Shown: positions 57,553 through 64,000 of the stretch, one piece after another
Position numbering within the stretch: the first letter of the stretch is position 1
Layout: each line of letters opens with the position of its first letter
From: Dehalococcoidia bacterium
GTDB lineage: Bacteria > Chloroflexota > Dehalococcoidia > Bin125
Assembly: GCA_963662615.2 (NCBI GenBank)
Contig: CAXXSR010000002.1
Span: 416,001 to 480,000, forward strand
DNA length: 64,000 nucleotides
Direction: 5' to 3'
The notes under the pieces: generated by a model
The model's database searches: none
Seen by the model: only the letters and a program-made list of their open reading frames with translations
What the model was told of the DNA's origin: nothing
Translations under genes and position numbers: made by a program

Positions 57553-58320
57553 ATGGCGATGGAACGTGAGGCGCTGCGCGTCTTGCTTGATGAGGTGGCG
57601 GCGGGCCGCATCCCCCCCCACGAGGCGGCGGCGCGCCTGCGGACGTTGCCCTACGAGGATCTGGGCTTCGCCAAGCTGGACCACCAGCGGGCGCTGCGCG
57701 ATCGGCTGCCGGAGGTGGTGCTGGGCAGCGGCAAGACGCCCGAGGAATGTCGCACGGTGGCGGAGCGGATCGTCGCGGCCGGCGACAGGTTGCTGGTGAC
57801 CCGGCTGGACCTGGAGCAGGCGCGCGCGATCCGCGCAGGGGTGCCGGACGCGGTGTACCACGAGCGGGCGCGCTGCCTGACCTGGCGGTCGCGCCCCTCG
57901 CTGGGGCATCCGGGCGTGCTGGTCTGCAGTGCGGGCACAGCGGACCTTCCCGTGGCTGAGGAAGCGGCGCTGACCGCGGAGCTGATGGACTGCGCGCCGG
58001 AGCGGCTGGTCGACGTGGGCGTGGCGGGGTTGCACCGGCTCTTGGACTGTGTCCAGCAACTGCGGGCGGCCACGGTGATCGTGGTGGTGGCGGGGATGGA
58101 CGGCGCCCTCCCCAGCGTAGTGGCGGGCCTCACGGCCGTGCCCATCATTGCCGTTCCCACGTCGGTGGGCTACGGGGCCGCCTTCGACGGCCTGGCGGCG
58201 TTGTTGAATATGCTCAACGCCTGCGCCACCGGCGTGGCGGTGGTGAACATTGACAACGGCTTCGGGGCCGGCTACCTGGCGGCGAGCATCGCGCTGGGCG
58301 GGGCCGGTGCGGAACGCTGA
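57553..58320 (+). CDS. larB: Nickel pincer cofactor biosynthesis protein LarB
   Basis: FAKLDHQR, AGTADLPVAEEA, AGMDGALPSVV, PTSVGYG, VVNIDNGFGA. Confidence 0.95.
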   Translation: MAMEREALRVLLDEVAAGRIPPHEAAARLRTLPYEDLGFAKLDHQRALRDRLPEVVLGSGKTPEECRTVAERIVAAGDRLLVTRLDLEQARAIRAGVPDAVYHERARCLTWRSRPSLGHPGVLVCSAGTADLPVAEEAALTAELMDCAPERLVDVGVAGLHRLLDCVQQLRAATVIVVVAGMDGALPSVVAGLTAVPIIAVPTSVGYGAAFDGLAALLNMLNACATGVAVVNIDNGFGAGYLAASIALGGAGAER

Positions 58321-59525
58321 TGCGTCTGCTCTATCTGGACTGCGTGAGCGGGGCCAGCGGCGACATGCTCCTGGGCGCCCTCATTGACGCCGGCGCTTCG
58401 CCGGCCGCGATCGAGACGGCGTTGCGCACGCTGCCGCTGCCCGATTGGTCCTGGCAGGTTCAAGAAGTGCGCCGAGGGGCGCTGCGTGCGACGCAGGTCT
58501 GCATTGAGGCGCGCGACGTCGAGGCCGCACACGGCCGCCGCCTGCGTGATGTCGAGGCCGTCCTGGACGCCGGGCAGCTGCCGGCCGGCGTACGGAAGCG
58601 CGCCGGCGCCGTGTTCCAGCGGATCGGCGAGGCGGAAGCGCGCGTGCACGGAGGCGCGGTGGAATCGCTTCGGCTTCATCACGTGGGTGAGGCGGATTCG
58701 GTCCTGGATGTGACGGGCGTCCTGCTGGCGCTGGAGGCGCTGGGGGTTGAGCGGGTCTCGTGTTCGGCGTTGCCGCTGGCGGCGACGGGGGAGGTGGAGA
58801 GCGGGCACGGTCGCGTACCGGCGCCCGCGCCGGCGACCCTGGAGATCCTGAGCGCGGTCGCAGCGCCTCTGCGCCCGGCGGACCCCGCGGACCGCCACGA
58901 GCTGGTGACGCCCACCGGCGCGGCGATCGTCGCGGAGCTGGCCGTCTTCGAGCGCCCGGCACTTCGCCTGCAGCGGATTGGGGTGGGAGCGGGCGCCCGG
59001 GAGCTGCCGCACCGGCCGAACATCCTGCGCGCCTGGCTGGGTGAAGGCGCGCCGGCCGCCAAGGCGGGGATCGACGTGCGCTCCGTCGTGGTGCTGGAGA
59101 CCACGGTTGACGACATGACGGCGGAGCAGATGGCCTTTGCGCGCGATCGGATCGCCGCCGCCGGGGCCCTGGACGTCTGGATCCAGGCCGCCGCCATGAA
59201 GAAAGGACGCAGCGGTCTGCACGTCACGGTCATCGCGCGGCCCCAGCAAGAAGAAGAGTTGGCGCGCCTGCTGCTGCGCGAGACCAGCACCCTGGGCGTG
59301 CGCGTGCGTGAGGAACGCCGCTACGAAGCGCCGCGCCTGCACCGCAGCGTCGACACGCGGCTCGGCCCGGCGGGCGTCAAGCTCAAGCGCCTGCCCGGAG
59401 AGCCGGTGCAGATCGCGCCCGAGTTCGATGACTGCGCCCGCCTGGCGGAGGAGCACGGGCTGCCCATCGCCGACGTCTACGCGCTGGTGGAACGCGAAGC
59501 CCGGGAGCAGCTGGAGGCCGAGTGA
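58320..59525 (+). CDS. larC: Nickel pincer cofactor biosynthesis protein LarC
   Basis: DCVSGASGDM.LGAL, ELVTPTGAA, ET.VDD, MKKGR, ETSTLGVR, PEFDD. Confidence 0.95.
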   Translation: MRLLYLDCVSGASGDMLLGALIDAGASPAAIETALRTLPLPDWSWQVQEVRRGALRATQVCIEARDVEAAHGRRLRDVEAVLDAGQLPAGVRKRAGAVFQRIGEAEARVHGGAVESLRLHHVGEADSVLDVTGVLLALEALGVERVSCSALPLAATGEVESGHGRVPAPAPATLEILSAVAAPLRPADPADRHELVTPTGAAIVAELAVFERPALRLQRIGVGAGARELPHRPNILRAWLGEGAPAAKAGIDVRSVVVLETTVDDMTAEQMAFARDRIAAAGALDVWIQAAAMKKGRSGLHVTVIARPQQEEELARLLLRETSTLGVRVREERRYEAPRLHRSVDTRLGPAGVKLKRLPGEPVQIAPEFDDCARLAEEHGLPIADVYALVEREAREQLEAE

Positions 59526-59683
59526 GCGGCGCCGGTCGCGCTTGACTTCTCTCCTTCTGGCGTCATTGCGGATCCCTAGGGGATCCCCCTACGGAGATCC
59601 CCGCACTCCCCCGACAATCGATCCGACAAGGATGTACCCGCAATGCGCCCGGGAGGGCGCTTGCGGCGGGGGCGGGAGGCCGG

Positions 59684-61150
59684 ATGATGGGGCGAATCTG
59701 GGTCATCGCCACCAGCGAGGCGTCGGCGCGACAGCTGGCTCAGGAAGCCGATCTGGACGCCGCCGAGGTCGAGTGCGTCACCTGGGTGGAGCTGCTCCGG
59801 CGCTGGCCGGACGCGCCCGCGGTGCCGCTGGTGCTGCTGGATTGGTCCCAGGGCGGCGCTCAGGCCGCCGGGGCGCTGCCGTTCCTGCGCCACCTCATGG
59901 ACAGCGAGATCTGGGCCGTTGTCGGCAGCGCGGCTGAGAGCCAGATCGCCGTTGACGCCGGCGTCTCCGTGACGCTGCGGCGGCCCTTCCCGCCGCGGGC
60001 TCTGCGCCGGGCAGCGCGGGCGCTGCAGCGGGCCGCGTCGCCCGCCGCGTCCAGCGTTGGCGGTGGGGTCGCTGGCGGGGGGGTCGTTGGTGGGGGGGAG
60101 CGGCGATTCGAGCAGATCGTCGCCCTCCAGCGCGACCTCAGCGCCGCGCCGTCGCCAGACGCCTTCGCCGGGCGCCTCGCCGAGGGGCTGGGGGAGATGC
60201 TCAAGGCGGTCGTCGTCGTGCGTGTGTTCGCCTGGGGCTGCGGTCCGGAGGTCGTCCGCGGGAGCGGCGCTTTGGGCGCTGACGAGCTTGAATCGCTCGA
60301 GGGCCCTGCCGCCGTGGAGGCGCTGGGGACGTTGCGAAGCGTGGCCTGCGACGGCGCGCAGGCTCGGTCGGCTCGCGCGGGCGGCGCAGCGAGCCGCCAC
60401 GCTACCACGCTCGTGCCGCTGCTGGGGGCGGGCCGGGCGCGAGGCCTAATCCTGATCCGGCCCGCGCAGCGATCCCTGAGTCGAGAGGACCTCGCCTGCG
60501 CGGAACTCGTGGCGTCGCAGGCGGGCGCGCAGCTCGGCAAGTTCGGGGGCGCCGACTCGACGGAAGAGGACGTGGTGGCGACGATGCTGCGCGCCCTGGA
60601 GCGACGGGACCCCACCACGTGCCAGCATTCGCGTCGGGCGGCGCTCTACGCGGAGGAGCTGCTGGCTCTCAGCGGGGTGCCGCCGGGGCAGCCCGATTAC
60701 CGCGATGCGGTGCGCGGCGCGCTGCTGCACGACGTGGGCAAGATCGGCGTGCCGGACGAGGTGCTATTGCAGCCGGATCCGCTCAGCGACACGCAATGGG
60801 AGGCGCTGCGCCAGCACCCCTACCTGTCGTATCGCATGCTGTCCGGGGTGGAGTTCCTGGCAGGCGCCGCGGAGATTGCCCACGCCCACCACGAGCGCTA
60901 CGACGGCAGCGGCTACCCGCGCGGCCTGGCCGGCACCGCGATCCCGCTGGGGGCGCGCGTGTTCGCGGTGGTCGACGCGTTTGACGCCATGACGTCCGAC
61001 CGTCCCTACCGCCGCGCGCTCGCGGCCGATGCGGCGCGATCCGAGATCGAGCGCTGCGCCGGCAGCCAGTTCGACCCCGCCGTGGTGGAGGCGTTCAAGG
61101 AGATGTATCGCCGCCGCTTTCGCCGCCGGTTTCGCAGTCAGGCCGCGTAG
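59684..61150 (+). CDS. HD-GYP phosphodiesterase with degenerate REC-like and GAF-like N-terminus
   Basis: HSRR, LLHDVGK, HHERYDGSGYP, VVDAFDAMTSDRPYR. Confidence 0.92.
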   Translation: MMGRIWVIATSEASARQLAQEADLDAAEVECVTWVELLRRWPDAPAVPLVLLDWSQGGAQAAGALPFLRHLMDSEIWAVVGSAAESQIAVDAGVSVTLRRPFPPRALRRAARALQRAASPAASSVGGGVAGGGVVGGGERRFEQIVALQRDLSAAPSPDAFAGRLAEGLGEMLKAVVVVRVFAWGCGPEVVRGSGALGADELESLEGPAAVEALGTLRSVACDGAQARSARAGGAASRHATTLVPLLGAGRARGLILIRPAQRSLSREDLACAELVASQAGAQLGKFGGADSTEEDVVATMLRALERRDPTTCQHSRRAALYAEELLALSGVPPGQPDYRDAVRGALLHDVGKIGVPDEVLLQPDPLSDTQWEALRQHPYLSYRMLSGVEFLAGAAEIAHAHHERYDGSGYPRGLAGTAIPLGARVFAVVDAFDAMTSDRPYRRALAADAARSEIERCAGSQFDPAVVEAFKEMYRRRFRRRFRSQAA

Positions 61151-61156
61151 CGACGA

Positions 61157-61948
61157 TCAGCCCTCGCCGGGAGGCGCATCCGCGTCGGAGCCCAGCAGCC
61201 CTTCGCCGCGCAGGGAGACGTGGCGCCCGCCGCTGCCGATGACGACGTGATCCAGCACGTCGATGTCGAGGAGCCGCCCGGCCGCCATGAGGTCCCGCGT
61301 CATCCGTACGTCGTCACGCGAGGGGGTGGGATCGCCGGAGGGGTGATTGTGCACGGCGATGATGGCGGCACAGTTGCGGCGGACGGCGTCGCGGAGGATC
61401 TCGCCAATGCGCACCTGGGCGGCGTTGACACTGCCCCGATAGACGGTCATCACAGCCTGGACTTGATTCTTGGTGTTGAGCAGCAGCACCCGCAGCTCCT
61501 CCTGCTCAAGGTGGACCATCTCCGCGCCAACGAGCGCCACCACTTCCTCCGGCCCCGAGACGACCGGACGCTCTTCCGGCTGCAGGGTGGCGAGGCGGCG
61601 CCCGAGTTCGAGCGCCGCCTTGATTTGGGCGGCGCCGGCAGGGCCGACGCCGTGCTCCTGGATCAGCTCACCGGCGTCGGCATGCTGGATGCCGTCCAGG
61701 CCCCGGCCCGCGAGGAGCCGCTGGGCGATGTCGAGAGCGCTTTCTTCCTGGGTACCGGTGCGGAGGAGGATGGCGAGGAGTTCGGCGTTGGAGAGAGCGG
61801 CCGGGCCGGCCTGGAGCAGCCGCTCACGCGGTCGCTCGCCGCTGGGGAGGTCGCGGATGCGAACGTGGTAGCGTGCGCCGTCGTCGGAGACGTTGCGCCT
61901 GGCGCCGTTGGCGTTCGTTTTTTGTCCGCCGTCTTCGTTGGGCGTCAC
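61157..61948 (-). CDS. radC: RadC family JAB-domain protein
   Basis: [36 protein letters not shown]. Confidence 0.95.
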   Translation of the reverse strand: MTPNEDGGQKTNANGARRNVSDDGARYHVRIRDLPSGERPRERLLQAGPAALSNAELLAILLRTGTQEESALDIAQRLLAGRGLDGIQHADAGELIQEHGVGPAGAAQIKAALELGRRLATLQPEERPVVSGPEEVVALVGAEMVHLEQEELRVLLLNTKNQVQAVMTVYRGSVNAAQVRIGEILRDAVRRNCAAIIAVHNHPSGDPTPSRDDVRMTRDLMAAGRLLDIDVLDHVVIGSGGRHVSLRGEGLLGSDADAPPGEG

Positions 61949-62604
61949 GGGCTGCCGCCGATACCACCGGAGCCCCAGGGAGGCGGCTCACTCTCCTCCG
62001 CGGATTCGAACGGCGGCGCCTCCGTCGGTGCGTCGCCGGCCACCGCCGACGTACCTTCGGGATGCTCCGGTCCGGCGGGCCGATCCAGCGGCGGAGGCTC
62101 GACCTGTGCCTGCCCAACCGGCCGAGCAGGGAATGCTGACTGTTCGAATTGAGGCCTGAAGGCGGCCGGCGGCTCCTCCACCGCGCTCCAGCTCATCAGC
62201 GCGTTTGAATGGGGATAGTGCAGGCAACGAACGCGGCGTCCTACCTCCGGCATCGCCTGGAAGATCGTCTTGCGCAGACGGAACGCCCGCGTGCCCACGA
62301 GAACGTAGCGCCCCCGCATGATGAAGAGGTCGGAGCGGATCCATTTGCGACTGATCTCGCCTTCGGTCTCAATCGGCTCGGCGAAGAGATCGCGCAGCGC
62401 CGCGAAGGCCGAGTCGCCGGTGACCAGTGCGAGCAGGCCCGTCAGGGCGAAGGTGACCCAGACCGTGCCGCTTTCGTCGAGCGCGCGCACCAACGAGCTG
62501 ACCGCCAGCGCCGCGAAGAGGACGAAGAAGGGCGTCCAGAGGATCGCCCCGCGGATGACGTTGCGGCGCGCCCGCGCGGGGTCGCTGTAGGCGAAGTCAG
62601 CCAT
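61945..62604 (-). CDS. Hypothetical membrane protein
   Basis: Two TM helices plus a beta-rich domain; overlaps both neighbours in an operon-like way. Confidence 0.65.
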   Translation of the reverse strand: MADFAYSDPARARRNVIRGAILWTPFFVLFAALAVSSLVRALDESGTVWVTFALTGLLALVTGDSAFAALRDLFAEPIETEGEISRKWIRSDLFIMRGRYVLVGTRAFRLRKTIFQAMPEVGRRVRCLHYPHSNALMSWSAVEEPPAAFRPQFEQSAFPARPVGQAQVEPPPLDRPAGPEHPEGTSAVAGDAPTEAPPFESAEESEPPPWGSGGIGGSP

Positions 62605-63115
62605 CGCGCCAGATCGGGACGAGCACGGTCTGGCCAACGTCCAGGCGCGTGCCGTCGCCAAGATCGAGATTGAAACGGAGGATCTCTTCCATGCTCACCT
62701 CGTAGACCACGCTGATGTCGTAGAGGGTGTCGCCCCGCTGCACGACGAACCGCTCAAAACGCGCGGGCCGCGCCGGATCCGGCGGCTCCGGCGGCCGGGG
62801 CAGGGCGTCGGGCAGGAGGCGGAAGGCGGGGCGTTCGTCGGCGCTGAGCGCGGGCCTGGCCGCGGCCGGGGCGACCTCCGGCGCCGGCGCCGTGATGGTC
62901 GCGCGCGTCTGCGTGATCGTGACGCTCTCGGCGGGGCCCGTCACGGCGATGTCCGAGTCGGAGTCGGTGAGCCCCCAGGCAGCGACCACGAGGCCCGTGA
63001 CCGCGGCGACGGCAGCCAGCCGGAGGAGGCGGACGCGGAGGTCCAAGGTCGGCCGCGCCCGTGACGACGGCCGCGCCGCCGTGCGCTGGGCTGTGATGCG
63101 TGAGCGGGTAGCCAT
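62597..63115 (-). CDS. Membrane-anchored LysM domain protein
   Basis: TM helix, VVQRGDTLYDIS..Y.V...I...N...L.VGQ.VLVP. Confidence 0.88.
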   Translation of the reverse strand: MATRSRITAQRTAARPSSRARPTLDLRVRLLRLAAVAAVTGLVVAAWGLTDSDSDIAVTGPAESVTITQTRATITAPAPEVAPAAARPALSADERPAFRLLPDALPRPPEPPDPARPARFERFVVQRGDTLYDISVVYEVSMEEILRFNLDLGDGTRLDVGQTVLVPIWRDG

Positions 63116-63153
63116 GGGCCAGGATTCCGCCGGGCGACGGTCGTGAGATCCGG

Positions 63154-63528
63154 CTACTGGATCTCAACGGTGGCGCCGGCCTCTTCCAGGGTCGTCTTGA
63201 CCTGGTCCGCCTCTGCCTTGGGAACAGCTTCCTTGACGTTGGCCGGGGCGCTCTCCACAAAGTCCTTGGCTTCCTTCAAGCCCAGCGGCGTGACCGTGCG
63301 GATCGCCTTGATCACATTGATCTTGTTGTCGCCAAAGTCCTTCAGGACCACTGTGAATTCCGTCTGTTCCTCCTCGGCTTCGGCGTCCTCCTGGGCCGCA
63401 CCTGCGACGACGATCGGGGCAGCGGCGGCCGTCACGCCGAACTCCGTCTCGATCCGCTTGACCAGGTCCCGGGCCTCCAGGATCGTCATGCCGCTGATCA
63501 GCTCGAACGTCTCGTCAATCTTGGTCAT
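63154..63528 (-). CDS. rplL: 50S ribosomal protein L7/L12
   Basis: [36 protein letters not shown]. Confidence 0.98.
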   Translation of the reverse strand: MTKIDETFELISGMTILEARDLVKRIETEFGVTAAAAPIVVAGAAQEDAEAEEEQTEFTVVLKDFGDNKINVIKAIRTVTPLGLKEAKDFVESAPANVKEAVPKAEADQVKTTLEEAGATVEIQ

Positions 63529-63579
63529 CTTGCGCCTCTTCTCCTGGGGTCGCCCTTCGTTGCACGTCGTCTGCATGCG

Positions 63580-64000
63580 TTACGCGGTTGCATCCGGGTC
63601 TCCTTCTGCGGCCGAGTCTCCTTCTGCGGCCAGGGCGTCGGCGCCCGGCGATTCCTCTGGCTGCCCGTCGGCAGCGCTGCTCTCTTCGAGCTGCTTCGCG
63701 CGCGCTTCGATTCCGGCAGCGATCTCCCGGAACACGTCCTGGAGGACCATGGCGATGCCGACGAGCGGGCTGGAGAGCCCGCCGGCCAGCAGGCCCATCA
63801 GTTCCCGGCGGCTGGGGGTGGTTGCGAGCGTGATCACGTCGCTGGGGGAGAGGAGCGCGCCGTCCAAGTAGCCGCCGTGGATGGTGATCTCCAGCCGCTT
63901 GTCGCGGAGGAACTTGCTCAACGCTTTGGGCGGGTTGATCTCTTCTTCGTAGCCCAGCAAGAGGGCGGTGGATTGCACGGCGAGATCCGCCGCCGGCGCA
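63580..64000 (-). CDS. rplJ: 50S ribosomal protein L10, 3' part (partial)
   Basis: GG.LDG.L....V..LA..PSR.EL pattern; directly upstream of rplL. Confidence 0.9.
   Translation of the reverse strand, partial: APAADLAVQSTALLLGYEEEINPPKALSKFLRDKRLEITIHGGYLDGALLSPSDVITLATTPSRRELMGLLAGGLSSPLVGIAMVLQDVFREIAAGIEARAKQLEESSAADGQPEESPGADALAAEGDSAAEGDPDATA

Noticed and set aside
56296-61948. HNH and radC as signs of a mobile or defence island
   Set aside because: Both are full-length chromosomal types with host-like composition and no boundaries or integrase.

Overview
High-GC bacterial chromosome segment. Gene content and order (pnp-dapB-asd-dapA; hrcA-grpE-dnaK-dnaJ-prmA-rsmE; rho; larBC; rplJ-rplL) suggest Chloroflexota, probably Dehalococcoidia; this is an inference. 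Most of the window is housekeeping. Two accessory insertions stand out. (1) A complete 2,599-bp IS1-family-like element at 22089-24687, with 17-bp terminal inverted repeats and a perfect 9-bp target duplication, sits just upstream of the CIRCE-controlled heat-shock promoter. It carries a DDE transposase, a class II Fic gene and a small hypothetical gene. It also holds a 70-nt tRNA/tmRNA-like RNA with a G3.U70 alanine acceptor stem, 20 nt upstream of the transposase start. (2) A lower-GC Schlafen/AlbA_2 gene with a probable Ig-like C-terminal domain interrupts a CitE/acyl-CoA dehydrogenase/MaoC cluster. Other oddities are three full-length enzyme homologues lacking catalytic residues (CitE-like, ketosynthase-like, transglutaminase-like), a likely 1-bp frameshift at a 15-bp tandem repeat in pnp, and a candidate attenuator before asd. 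All calls come from reading motifs by eye; no database search was run.
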